This document shows, one piece after another, positions 47,876 to 57,694 of a stretch of DNA of 64,000 nt; the stretch's first letter is position 1; each line of letters begins with the position of its first letter. This stretch comes from an uncultured delta proteobacterium (lineage in GTDB: Bacteria > Myxococcota_A > Polyangia > Polyangiales > B10-G4): NCBI GenBank assembly GCA_963727445.1, contig CAVSGI010000010.1, positions 1,504,001-1,568,000 of the forward strand, in the 5' to 3' direction. The notes under the pieces were generated by a model. That model did not search any database, was not told the origin of the DNA, and worked only from the letters and a program-made list of their open reading frames with translations. A program made the translations under genes and the position numbers.

Positions 47876-49063
47876 GTGCAATCGAGGGACTTCGTGATAG
47901 TGCTCGCGGTCCCGCTCGTTGCGTGCGGGCGGATCCATTTCGATCCGCTTGCCGCGCCCGAAGATGCCGGGCACTGCGCGTCGGTCGATTCGGCCATGGA
48001 CAGCGCCGTCGACGCGATGGTGGACGCCGACGCCGCAGAGGACGCCGACGCGATGCCAGGCGCGGTGTGTGGCAATGGAGTGATCGAGACCGGGGAAGCC
48101 TGCGACGACGGTGACCGCCTGCCCGACGATGGCTGTGATGATCTGTGCGCGGTCGAGGCGGGCTGGACATGTGGCTTCGAGCCGTCGATCTGTGCGCCGC
48201 CCGGGTTCACGCCGGTGGCGGCTGGGACGTTCATGATGGGAGCGCCTGTCGGCGAGGTGGGTAGAGTCGACACCGGCGACAACACGGAGCTGCTTCACGA
48301 AGTGACGCTGACCCGTGCGTTCATGATCCAGCCGACGGAAGTGACCCAGGAGGCGTACGCGGCGATCATGGGCTGGAACCCGAGTGAGTTCGGGCCGCTG
48401 GGTCCGGGCGCGGATTGCGGGCCCACCTGTCCCGTGGAGCGGGCGAGCTGGTACGACGGCGCGGTGTACATGAATCGACTGTCGAGGGGTGAAGGACTCT
48501 CGCCTTGCTACATCCTGATGGACGTCGTCTGCGTGGACATGACGGCCGTGACGGAACCGGTCGATTGCCAGAACGCGACTCGACTCGGCGTCGGCGCGGC
48601 CACCGTCACTCTCGGTGCTGCGACGCCTTACGAGTGCGAAGGGTACCGATACCCGACGGAGGCCGAGTGGGAGTACGCCGCGCGGGCTGGCGATCAACGC
48701 GGGACCTACGTCGGCGAGCTCACTCTGACTGGATGCGAGTCACCCAACCCCGTCTCCGATCGCATCGCCTGGTTCTGCGGCAACGCAGGCGGTACGACGC
48801 ACCCCGTCGCGATGCTCGAGCCCAACGCGTGGGGCCTCTACGACGTGCTCGGCAACGTCTGGGAGCACGTGCACGATCTTCACCAACCGATCGCGGCCGG
48901 GCCGGCGACCGATCCATGGGGCCCACCGACCGACACCGATCCGGCCCGAGTCGCCAAGGGTGGCGCCTGGCTTCACTCCGCGTTCAGCGCGCGCCCCGCG
49001 AGACGCAGCCCCGCCCTCGCCCCGCAGCGGCAGGTGGGCTTCCGTGTCGCGCGCACGCTGTGA
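47876..49063 (+). CDS. FGE-sulfatase (SUMF1) domain lipoprotein with myxobacterial Cys-rich repeat
   Basis: LVACGRIHFD; CGNGVIETGEACDDG....DGC..C.VE.GWTC; FMMG, TEVTQ, PTEAEWEYAARAG, PNAWGLYD.LGNVWE, VGFRVAR. Confidence 0.9.
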   Translation: MQSRDFVIVLAVPLVACGRIHFDPLAAPEDAGHCASVDSAMDSAVDAMVDADAAEDADAMPGAVCGNGVIETGEACDDGDRLPDDGCDDLCAVEAGWTCGFEPSICAPPGFTPVAAGTFMMGAPVGEVGRVDTGDNTELLHEVTLTRAFMIQPTEVTQEAYAAIMGWNPSEFGPLGPGADCGPTCPVERASWYDGAVYMNRLSRGEGLSPCYILMDVVCVDMTAVTEPVDCQNATRLGVGAATVTLGAATPYECEGYRYPTEAEWEYAARAGDQRGTYVGELTLTGCESPNPVSDRIAWFCGNAGGTTHPVAMLEPNAWGLYDVLGNVWEHVHDLHQPIAAGPATDPWGPPTDTDPARVAKGGAWLHSAFSARPARRSPALAPQRQVGFRVARTL

Positions 49064-49113
49064 GACCACACGCGTTGACGCGTTGCGCTGGCGCGCGGCG
49101 GTCTCGGCTCGCC

Positions 49114-49989
49114 TCAGCGTCGGCTGTCCAGGGTCGCGCCGATGGAGATGGTCAGGAAGTGGAGCCAGTTGCTCTGGTCGCCGTCACTGGTCGGCGTGGC
49201 ATCTCCCTGGCCGACCGCCCCTCCGGCCAGGTAGCGCACGTTCAAGAAGAGATCGGCGTGGTCGATGAAGCGCCACCCGAAGCGAAGGCTGCCGTCGACG
49301 ATGGCACCGGTCACCTCGGTGTCGCTGCCGTTCAATACCGAGATCGGAGCGTAGAACCCGTCGAGCTCGAACCCGAAGAAGAAGCGCTCGGCGATGGGAA
49401 ATCGGCCTCGGGCGCGCAAGAGCGGGACCGGCCCCACGTCGTTGCGCGCCCGGAACAACGTGCCGTCGAGACTCTGAAAGGAGATGCTCGCGTTGCGGAG
49501 CTGAAGTCCCAGCCCGAGGGAGAGGAGGCGGTCGGGCTCCGGAAGGAGGTCGTAGTCCCAGCTGAAGCGGAAGAAGGGGAATCCGTAGAAGAACCGCACC
49601 GGCGTCCCCTGTGGAAAGTCGACGCCATCGATCCGAAGGTCGCGGCGCAGGACGGCCGTCGAGTCGAGCTCGAGAGGCTGGTAGAGGAACGTCAGGTAAT
49701 GCCGCCTCCAGATGTCGAGCTCGACCGACAGCCGCGTGAAGAGGAAGAGGTTGCTCTGCTGACCATCGCTCCGGTAATCGATCTCGGTTCCGTCCGACCC
49801 GAGCCGGATGTCGTGGTCGAGCACCGTCAAGAACCCGAGCTCTGCCGTCGCGCGCAGGCCGAAATCGCTATCGTCGCTGTCGTCCGCTGCGGGTTCCGAC
49901 GCGGCCGCCTCCACTTCCACGTTCTGGGCCAGGGCGCTCCCGGCGGAGAGCATACCCATCGTCACGATGAAGCATCCAACGCACCGCAT
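49114..49989 (-). CDS. Exported protein, probable outer-membrane beta-barrel
   Basis: ALA signal; amphipathic aromatic-rich strands; directly downstream of fasciclin gene. Confidence 0.7.
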   Translation of the reverse strand: MRCVGCFIVTMGMLSAGSALAQNVEVEAAASEPAADDSDDSDFGLRATAELGFLTVLDHDIRLGSDGTEIDYRSDGQQSNLFLFTRLSVELDIWRRHYLTFLYQPLELDSTAVLRRDLRIDGVDFPQGTPVRFFYGFPFFRFSWDYDLLPEPDRLLSLGLGLQLRNASISFQSLDGTLFRARNDVGPVPLLRARGRFPIAERFFFGFELDGFYAPISVLNGSDTEVTGAIVDGSLRFGWRFIDHADLFLNVRYLAGGAVGQGDATPTSDGDQSNWLHFLTISIGATLDSRR

Positions 49990-50021
49990 GAAACCTCCGG
50001 GGCCGATCGGACTGGCGAGGG

Positions 50022-51707
50022 CTACATGGGGAAGAGAACGCCGTCGATGACGTGAATGATCCCGTTGTCGGTCCGGAGATCGACGCGCAGGACGTTCCGC
50101 ACGTTGCCCGCTGCATCGAGGAGCGCTGGACCCGCCTGAACCGTGAGATCGCTTCCCATGAGTGTGGTCACGTCACTGCCGACGAGACCGGCGACGACCG
50201 AGCTATCCGCCCGCACGTCGAGGGTGTGGTAGAGGAGGACGGTGGTGAGATCGGCGCTCGTGTCCACGCCCTCGAACGCCGGATTGTGCGGCGCGAAGAC
50301 CGTGAAGTCTCCATCGCCGGCGAGCGTCGTGGCGACGACGGGATCGGCGTTGAGCACGGCGTCGTAGAGCGAGCTCAGATTGGGGTACGCCGCCACCGCT
50401 TCGGCGATGGAACCGGGGAACGCGATATCCGACGGAAGGATGATCGAGTCGACGACGTGGATGATGCCGTTGGCCGCCGGAACGTCGACCGCCGACACGG
50501 TAACGAGCCCGTTGATGACCACCGAGCCGTCCGGAGCGGCGAGCTGCAGCACGTTGTCCGCAGCGGAGGTGAGCGTCGTCGGGGTCGTGCCAGCCTCGAT
50601 GGCGGCGACGACGGCGTTCGAGTCGACAGCTCCTTCGATGACGTGGTGGAGCAGGATGTCGCTCAGGACCGAGGAGAGGTCGGCATCCGCCGGGAGCGCG
50701 GCGAAGGCATCGTTGGTGGGCGCGAAGACAGTGAGAGGTCCCTCTCCCTGAAGGGCCGAGAGAAGTCCGGCGTCGTTCACCAGGTCCGCGAGAGTGGTGA
50801 AGCCGGAGCGCACCGCCACTTCGGCGATGTCACCGGGCGGGACGAGAACGTCGTCGATCAGATGGATGACGCCGTTCTGAGTCTCGATGTCGGTGTAGAT
50901 GATGTTGGTGTTCTTGCGGCTGTCGTCGAGTGCCACGGCGCCGTCGAGGTCACGCACCGCGAGGAAGGCTCCGTTCGCCGTTCGCAGGGTGGCGCTGTCG
51001 ACGACCACCGATGACGCGGCCTCTTCAGCGAGCGCGTGGTAGAGAAGAACCGGATCGAGATCGGTTGGGAGCTCGACGCCCTCGAACGCCGAGTTCACCG
51101 GCGCGAAGAGCGTCCGGCCGTCGGCGCTCAGCGCTTCTACCGCGGCGGGCGTCGCCGCACCCGCCAGGGTCGACAGGCGCGGGTAGCTGGTGAGGACGTC
51201 GACGATGGTCCCAGGGAACTCGCCGGGAATCAGAACCGAGTCGATCACGTGGATGATGCCGTTGTCGGCTTCGATGTCGGTGATCGTCACCAGCGTGAGC
51301 CCGTTGAGGTAGAGATCGTCCCCGGCGAGCCCCAGGGCGATGGTGCTCCCCTCGAGGGTGGTCGCCTCGGTCAGGGTCACCGCGGTCGCGGCCGGCACCT
51401 CGCCCTCGACCACGTGATAGGAGAGGACGGCGGCGAGCGTGTCGGTGTCGAGGCCCTCCAAGAGGCCCTCGGGCAGGAGCGCGAACGCGTCATCGGTCGG
51501 CGCGAAGACGGTGAAGGGACCCTCGCCCTCGAGCGCAGCGTCCAAACCAGTCGCTTGAAGCGCTTCGACGAGGGTCGTGAAGCGTCCGTCCTCCACCGCA
51601 ACGTCGACGAGGGTCGTACCTTCGATCGGTTCGACGGGCGGAGGATCGTCGGAGCAACCCGACAGGGGGATGACCAGGAAGAGAAGTGCCAGTGCTTTCG
51701 TCGTCAT
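50022..51707 (-). CDS. Fasciclin (FAS1) domain lipoprotein, four repeats
   Basis: LSGC lipobox; four TVFAPT/TLFAP ... L.YH ... NGIIHVID.VL units. Confidence 0.92.
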   Translation of the reverse strand: MTTKALALLFLVIPLSGCSDDPPPVEPIEGTTLVDVAVEDGRFTTLVEALQATGLDAALEGEGPFTVFAPTDDAFALLPEGLLEGLDTDTLAAVLSYHVVEGEVPAATAVTLTEATTLEGSTIALGLAGDDLYLNGLTLVTITDIEADNGIIHVIDSVLIPGEFPGTIVDVLTSYPRLSTLAGAATPAAVEALSADGRTLFAPVNSAFEGVELPTDLDPVLLYHALAEEAASSVVVDSATLRTANGAFLAVRDLDGAVALDDSRKNTNIIYTDIETQNGVIHLIDDVLVPPGDIAEVAVRSGFTTLADLVNDAGLLSALQGEGPLTVFAPTNDAFAALPADADLSSVLSDILLHHVIEGAVDSNAVVAAIEAGTTPTTLTSAADNVLQLAAPDGSVVINGLVTVSAVDVPAANGIIHVVDSIILPSDIAFPGSIAEAVAAYPNLSSLYDAVLNADPVVATTLAGDGDFTVFAPHNPAFEGVDTSADLTTVLLYHTLDVRADSSVVAGLVGSDVTTLMGSDLTVQAGPALLDAAGNVRNVLRVDLRTDNGIIHVIDGVLFPM

Positions 51708-51929
51708 TCGGTTCACCTTCGGTGTGGGTTCGAAGCCTGGCCTGTATGTGGACAATACTTGGACACCGCAAGTGGCCGGATGCGGTCGGCGATATAAATG
51801 GATGGTAATTATTGGTGTTTATAGGAGCTCATGTAGACGAAACTTCGACATCGCGGTTCCCGGCAATCGATACGTGAGAGCGTGCCACCCTCGGCGCTTC
51901 ATGGACGCCCAGCTCGCCTCAGGGATGCG

Positions 51930-53804
51930 ATGAGCAGCCCGAAGCTCGAACCGCGCCTCACGGCCTTCGCGCAGACAATCTCGGAGGAGGCGCTCTCCGC
52001 GACGATACGGCCGGAGCGGCGCGTGAACACGTCGGGCGAGCACGTGCTCTTCGAGCTCGAGCAGTCGCGCCGACCACGAGAGCCGGGACGGCTGATCCTT
52101 CGCGAGACCATTGGAGAGGGAGGCATGGGCGTCGTGCGCCTCGCCGAGCAGAAGTCGGTCGGGCGCGAGGTCGCGGTCAAGACGCTCAAGCCGGGGATCG
52201 ATCCGAAGGATGGAGCAGTGGTGCTCGCGATGCTGCGGGAGGCATGGGTGACGGGGCGCCTCGAGCACCCCAACATCGTTCCCATCTACGACGTCAGCGT
52301 GGACGAAGACGGCCGGCCGTTGATCGTTCTCAAGAAGATCGAAGGGGTGGTGTGGTCCGACGTCATGCAGGGCAACGCCGAACGCACCACCCTCAGTGGT
52401 GCCCGGGACGCGTTGGCGAGCGACCTCGAGATCCTCAACGACGTCGCGGACGCCGTTCGCTACGCCCACAGCCGGGGCATCATCCATCGCGACATCAAGC
52501 CCGACAACGTGATGATCGGCCGCTTCGGCGAGGTCTATCTCGTCGACTGGGGCATCGCGGTGTCGCTCCGTGAGGACGGCGACGGTCGAGTCACCTCCCG
52601 CGAGGAGTCCTCCGCCATCGCCGGCACTCCCGTCTACATGGCACCGGAGATGCTCGAGGGTGGCCGATTCCTCTCCGAGCGCACGGACATCTACCTGCTC
52701 GGTGCGGTGCTCTACGAGCTCGTCGTCGGCCGGCCACCACATGGCGCGGACACCTCCATCGGTGTGGTCGCGGCAATCGCCGCGTCCGAACCGGAGATCC
52801 CACAGGACGTCCCAGCAGACCTGCGCGCGATTCTGCAAAAAGCCCTCGCTCGGGATCCCGACGATCGGTACCAATCGGTCTTCGCCTTTCAGCAGGCGCT
52901 CGCCGAGCTCGCCGACCACCGTCAATCGCGTCAGCTCTCGACGGAGGCATCGCGTCGCCTCGCCGACCTTCGCCAGCACCTGGACGGCGCTGATGGGGGC
53001 GGCGCCGAGCGAGCGCACGACCTCTTCGGCGAGTGTCGTTTCGGCTTCCGCAACGCGCTCGAGCTCTGGCCCGACAACGCCGCGGCGGCGACCGGGCTGG
53101 CGGAGGCCGTCGGCGTCATGGTGGAGCTGGAGCTGAAACGCGACGACCCAGCGGCCGCAGCTACGCACCTGCGCGCGCTCGCAGCTCCGAGCCCCGAGCT
53201 CGTCGCGCGTGTCGAGGCCGCCGCCGCCGCGCAGCGACGAGACGACGCTCGCCTTCAGGCACAGGCCGCTCGCGGCCGCAGCGAAGACCCATCGCGCGGT
53301 CGCCGTGGGCGCGTCTTCGTCGCCACCGCTGCCGCCTCGATCCTGGCCGCCGCGGCCCTCGCCGGCGGCATCCTCTTCCCGGGGGGACGCGACTACGGGC
53401 CTGCCCTCCTCATCGGATCACCGACGGTCGTGGGGGCGGTCGTGCTCGGCCTCATCTGGCTCCAACGCGAGACCATCATGGCGACCGCGTTCAACCGACG
53501 GGCGGTGGCGCTCGTCGTGACCGCGGTCGTCGCCGTCCCCCTCATGCACCTGGGCTCGGCCCTCGGTGGCCTCGATCCGGTGCAGAGCCACATCCACGGA
53601 CTGATGATCTACGTGGCCGTTTGCATCGCAGGCGCGATGATCCTCGACAAACGCTTTGCCGCGACCGCCGGCGTCATGCTCGGGTGCTATCTCGTGGCGG
53701 CGAGGTGGCCCTCCATCCGCTTCTACGCCCTCGCCGTGGGCGGGTTTTCGGTCGCCCTGACGATCGCCTGGGTCTGGTCGCGCGACCCGGCCGAGGACGA
53801 CTGA
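51930..53804 (+). CDS. Ser/Thr protein kinase with multi-TM C-terminus
   Basis: IGEGGMGVV, VAVK, HRDIKPDN, DWGIA, GTPVYMAPE; about six TM helices. Confidence 0.92.
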   Translation: MSSPKLEPRLTAFAQTISEEALSATIRPERRVNTSGEHVLFELEQSRRPREPGRLILRETIGEGGMGVVRLAEQKSVGREVAVKTLKPGIDPKDGAVVLAMLREAWVTGRLEHPNIVPIYDVSVDEDGRPLIVLKKIEGVVWSDVMQGNAERTTLSGARDALASDLEILNDVADAVRYAHSRGIIHRDIKPDNVMIGRFGEVYLVDWGIAVSLREDGDGRVTSREESSAIAGTPVYMAPEMLEGGRFLSERTDIYLLGAVLYELVVGRPPHGADTSIGVVAAIAASEPEIPQDVPADLRAILQKALARDPDDRYQSVFAFQQALAELADHRQSRQLSTEASRRLADLRQHLDGADGGGAERAHDLFGECRFGFRNALELWPDNAAAATGLAEAVGVMVELELKRDDPAAAATHLRALAAPSPELVARVEAAAAAQRRDDARLQAQAARGRSEDPSRGRRGRVFVATAAASILAAAALAGGILFPGGRDYGPALLIGSPTVVGAVVLGLIWLQRETIMATAFNRRAVALVVTAVVAVPLMHLGSALGGLDPVQSHIHGLMIYVAVCIAGAMILDKRFAATAGVMLGCYLVAARWPSIRFYALAVGGFSVALTIAWVWSRDPAEDD

Positions 53805-53894
53805 GGATACACTCGCGCGTCGTCGCTCCTCGTGATTTCATCCCGGCCTCGTGTGCTGGAGCCTTCACGGCGCGAGACAGAAAGGACGAACGAC

Positions 53895-54545
53895 ATGAGC
53901 CTGCGAATCAACGATGTAGCCCCGGATTTCACCACCGATTCGACAGCGGGGAAGATCTCCTTCCACGAATGGATCGGCGATGGATACGCAGTCCTCTTTT
54001 CGCACCCGAAAGACTTCACCCCGGTCTGCACGACCGAGTTCGGTGCGGTCGCTCGGCTGGTCCCCGAGTTCAAGAAGCGGAATACGAAGGTCATGGGCGT
54101 CTCGGTCGACAGCGTCGAGGACCACGTGAAGTGGAAGAAGGACATCGAGGCCTTCGCTGGCGCTGCCGCCGACTTCCCGATCATCGACGACACCTCGCTG
54201 AAGGTCGCCAAGCTCTTCGACATGTTGCCCGCCGAGGCCTACATGCCGGACGGGCGGACGGCCAAAGACAGCGCCACGGTCCGCACGGTGTTCATCATCG
54301 GACCGGACAAGAAGATCCGACTGATGATGACGTACCCGATGTCGGTCGGGCGCAACTTCGCCGAGATCATGCGCGCGTTGGACGCCGTCCAGACCACCGA
54401 CGCGGGGCCGATCGCGACCCCCGCGGATTGGCAGCCGGGGCACGACGTCATCGTCGGCCTCAGCCTCGACGACGCCGCCGCAAAGGACAAGTTCGGCGAG
54501 ATCGACATCAAGCTGCCCTACCTCCGCTTCGCCAAGCAGAGCTGA
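53895..54545 (+). CDS. 1-Cys peroxiredoxin (Prx6 family)
   Basis: FSHPKDFTPVCTTE; YPMSVGRNFAEI; ATPADW. Confidence 0.95.
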   Translation: MSLRINDVAPDFTTDSTAGKISFHEWIGDGYAVLFSHPKDFTPVCTTEFGAVARLVPEFKKRNTKVMGVSVDSVEDHVKWKKDIEAFAGAAADFPIIDDTSLKVAKLFDMLPAEAYMPDGRTAKDSATVRTVFIIGPDKKIRLMMTYPMSVGRNFAEIMRALDAVQTTDAGPIATPADWQPGHDVIVGLSLDDAAAKDKFGEIDIKLPYLRFAKQS

Positions 54546-54607
54546 GGGCGCTTCGAGCACTGCGCGCTGGACTACGTCCGGCTCCCAAACCGAGGTAGAC
54601 TCGGCAC

Positions 54608-55315
54608 GTGAGGTGGTTGCTCACGTTGTCCTTCGTCCTGATGGGGTGCACTGCGTCGCACTCCCCGCCCGAGGCCGATGCAGGGGTCGATTCTGCGCGG
54701 CGCGATTCGGGCGGTGAGACGGAGTGTGAGCCGTTGACCTTCTGCCGTGCGGGGCGCGGCAGCTTCTGTGATCGGCCGGAGATCTGCGACGAAGACGGGC
54801 ACTGTCCCCCGGACGAGATGTTGCCCGCGGGGAGCCCGTGTGGGCTCGCGCCGTTCGAGTGCAACGAGGTCGGCGAGTGCGTCGTGAACCCGGAGAGGTG
54901 CACGATCGGCGATCCGTGCAACACGACCATCGCCTGCGAAGCGGGGGCGTTCGCCGTGATCACATCCTGCGATCCTTTTGAATGCGCGTTGCCGAGCGAT
55001 GGCGCTTGCGACACCGGCAACCCATGCACCGTGGGTCGCCTCGACTGCGGTGACGATGGCGTCACGACCTGCGTCGTGGTCGACGTACTTCCCGAAGGCA
55101 CGAGCTGTGGGGACGGACTGGCTTGTGACGAGACGGCCCGCTGCACGGGCTGCATCGATGGCCCATCGTGTCCCGTGGACAATCCATGTGCGCTGGGCGA
55201 AATCGAGTGCGTGGATGGTGAGCCGGTGTGTGTTGAAGAGTGGAACCAGCCCGCGGGGACGCCCTGTGGTGGCGACGGCGCCTGCGATGGCTCTGGCCAC
55301 TGCCTCTCGCCCTGA
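54608..55315 (+). CDS. Cys-rich repeat lipoprotein
   Basis: LMGC lipobox; repeated NPC..G...C...C / GT.CG....CD..G.C units. Confidence 0.8.
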   Translation: MRWLLTLSFVLMGCTASHSPPEADAGVDSARRDSGGETECEPLTFCRAGRGSFCDRPEICDEDGHCPPDEMLPAGSPCGLAPFECNEVGECVVNPERCTIGDPCNTTIACEAGAFAVITSCDPFECALPSDGACDTGNPCTVGRLDCGDDGVTTCVVVDVLPEGTSCGDGLACDETARCTGCIDGPSCPVDNPCALGEIECVDGEPVCVEEWNQPAGTPCGGDGACDGSGHCLSP

Positions 55316-55389
55316 ATGTACGGCCGACGAGCTCGGAGCCACCCAGTGAAGAACTGGGCTCCAGGCAGCGATGTTAGCGTTGCGACGCC

Positions 55390-56805
55390 ATGCATCCGCT
55401 CGAACGAGTACATCCGCGCAATCTGAAGACACTCGCGCGCTACGTGCAGCGCATCAATGAAACGCATCTCTGGGCAAAGGTCCTCGTCGGCATGGTCCTC
55501 GGGGTGCTCACCGGGATCGCGCTCGGTCCATCGACCGGTTGGGTTACGCCGCCTCAGGCCCAGGCGATCGCGAGCTGGCTGGCCCTGCCCGGTCATCTCT
55601 TTCTGGTCCTCGTTCAGATGATCGTCGTGCCGCTGGTGCTCGCGTCCGTGGTTCGGGGAATCGCAGCGAGCGGCGACATGCACCAGCTTCGCAACACGGG
55701 TCTGGGACTGGCCGCGTACTTCGTGGTCACCACGCTCATGGCGACTGCCATCGGCATCGGCATCGCCTACGCGGTCCGACCGGGAGACATGGTCGACCTC
55801 GATCTGAGCGGCCTCGAGGATGGCGCCGAGTCGATCGAAGCGCTCCCCGGCGACGACCTGACGGTCACCAACGCACCAGAGCACATCATCGGAGTGCTTC
55901 CGCAGAACCCGCTGAATGCCATGGTCGAGGGCGAGATGCTCCAGGTCGTGCTCTTCGCGTTGATCCTGGGCATCGCGCTGGTGACCCTGGAGCCGCGGAG
56001 CTCGAAGCCGCTCCTCGACCTGATGGGGTCGATCCAGAAGGTCTGCATGGCCATCGTCGGCTTCGTCATGCGGATGGCCCCCCTGGCTGTGTTTGGCCTA
56101 CTGGCGCAGGCGCTGGTCTGGACGGGCGTCGAGGTGCTGGTTGGGCTCGGGGTCTATGCGCTCGCGGTCGTCGGGGCGCTCGTGGGCCTCCTCCTCGTCT
56201 ATCTGGCGATCGTCGCTGGCCTCGGCCGACGCAATCCGCTGCGCTTCCTCCGCGAGATCAAGGAGCCCATGCTCCTCGCGTTCTCGACCAACAGCTCGGC
56301 GGCGACCATGCCCATCACGACGAAGACCGCGGAGGAGACCCTGCACGTGCGGCCATCCACGGCGCAGCTCGTCGTCCCCATCGGCGCGACGATGAACATG
56401 GGCGGAACCGCTTGCTATCACGGCATCGCGACCGTGTTCATGGCGCAGCTCTTCGGCATGGATCTGAGCGTGACGGCGCTCCTCGCGCTGATCGCCACCT
56501 CGCTCGGCTCATCGATCGGTGCGCCGGCTACGCCGGGCGTCGGGATCATGATCCTCGCCACGGTTCTCACGGCTGCAGGGGTGCCGCTTTCGGGGCTCGC
56601 GCTGATCATCGGCCTCGACCAGGTCCTCGAACGGGTGCGATGCGTGATGAACGTGAGCGGAGACTTGGTGGCGTGCGTGGTTCTCGATCGCATGATCGAG
56701 GCGCCGCACAGCCGAGAAGCGGAGCTCCGCCACGAGGCGGAGCGGGAGAGCCTCCGCGAAGAGTCGGGAGCCGACGTGCTCACGGACGCCCAGGTAGCCA
56801 GGTGA
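55390..56805 (+). CDS. Dicarboxylate/amino acid:cation symporter (DAACS, GltP-like)
   Basis: QMIVVPLV, AFSTNSSAATMP, PIGATMNMGGT, R..MNVSGD. Confidence 0.93.
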   Translation: MHPLERVHPRNLKTLARYVQRINETHLWAKVLVGMVLGVLTGIALGPSTGWVTPPQAQAIASWLALPGHLFLVLVQMIVVPLVLASVVRGIAASGDMHQLRNTGLGLAAYFVVTTLMATAIGIGIAYAVRPGDMVDLDLSGLEDGAESIEALPGDDLTVTNAPEHIIGVLPQNPLNAMVEGEMLQVVLFALILGIALVTLEPRSSKPLLDLMGSIQKVCMAIVGFVMRMAPLAVFGLLAQALVWTGVEVLVGLGVYALAVVGALVGLLLVYLAIVAGLGRRNPLRFLREIKEPMLLAFSTNSSAATMPITTKTAEETLHVRPSTAQLVVPIGATMNMGGTACYHGIATVFMAQLFGMDLSVTALLALIATSLGSSIGAPATPGVGIMILATVLTAAGVPLSGLALIIGLDQVLERVRCVMNVSGDLVACVVLDRMIEAPHSREAELRHEAERESLREESGADVLTDAQVAR

Positions 56806-56829
56806 TGACTTGTCGAGGACGAGCGGCCG

Positions 56830-57525
56830 TTACTGCAGGCAGAGCGTGACCGCGCGCAGGCCGGTTCCAGCGCGGCGCGAGGAGCGGTAGGTGCGGTTCG
56901 CGCCGAGATACCAGGTCGCGTCGGGCGTACCCTCGCGGTCGGCGGGCGGATCGATCCGGAACAACTCGGAGCCAGCGAGCGGCGCGGCCGCTGTTTGGAG
57001 CTGCTGGTCGCTGACGGCCATCTGGAAGGTGCCGCAGCCGGAAGTGGGGAGGACGCCCTGTTCCGCGAGGATCTGTTGGCCCGAGACCTCGTCGTTGCCG
57101 TAAACCGCGAGATTCCCGGAGACGATCTGGAGCTCCGCGTCGTTGGATGTCGACGCTGCATCCCCGCCGTATCCGTCGTTCGTGGGCGAATCGCCGAGAT
57201 GAAACGTCCAGCCGTTCGAATCGCACGCCTCGAGCGTGATCTGGAGCGCGGTGAACCCCCGCATGTCGATGGACGCGGTCATCTGTCCGTTGGTGATGGG
57301 TGATGCGGAAATCGCCGGGCTGGAGCATGTGCCGGTCGCCGCCACGAGGTCGAATCGACACTCCGCTCGGCACTGTCCCGACCCGGCGGGGCTCGCCGCG
57401 GGAGGCGGCTGGTCCTTGTTGACGACCGTCACGGTCGGTTGGCTGACGGGTGGGTTGGCCTGCGCCTGCACATAACAGCCCGTCGCGAGAAGCGAGAGCG
57501 CGAGGAGTGGGGCCAACACACGCAT
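56830..57525 (-). CDS. Hypothetical lipoprotein
   Basis: LATGC lipobox; beta-rich domain with WTFHLGDSPTNDGYGGD...NDAE. Confidence 0.75.
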   Translation of the reverse strand: MRVLAPLLALSLLATGCYVQAQANPPVSQPTVTVVNKDQPPPAASPAGSGQCRAECRFDLVAATGTCSSPAISASPITNGQMTASIDMRGFTALQITLEACDSNGWTFHLGDSPTNDGYGGDAASTSNDAELQIVSGNLAVYGNDEVSGQQILAEQGVLPTSGCGTFQMAVSDQQLQTAAAPLAGSELFRIDPPADREGTPDATWYLGANRTYRSSRRAGTGLRAVTLCLQ

Positions 57526-57553
57526 GGGTCCAACGTCAGAGAATAAAGCATAC

Positions 57554-57688
57554 AGGGGACGCTAGATTGACAATTGACTTCCGCCCTCGCGACCGCCGCC
57601 CGGAAGCATACAGGGGACGCTAGATTGACAATTGACTTCCGCCCTCGCGACCGCCGCCCGGAAGTCAATTGTCAATCTAGCGTCCCCT
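57554..57688. repeat. Second locus of the palindromic element: truncated copy (starts 57554) plus complete 77-bp copy (57612-57688)
   Basis: Same 28-bp arms as at 21 kb; loop differs at a few bases. Confidence 0.92.
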
Positions 57689-57694
57689 CGGGCG

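Noticed and set aside
51740..51850. AT-rich intergenic stretch as ncRNA or riboswitch
   Set aside because: No recognisable structure or family motif. It is adequately explained as the divergent promoter region of the fasciclin and kinase genes.
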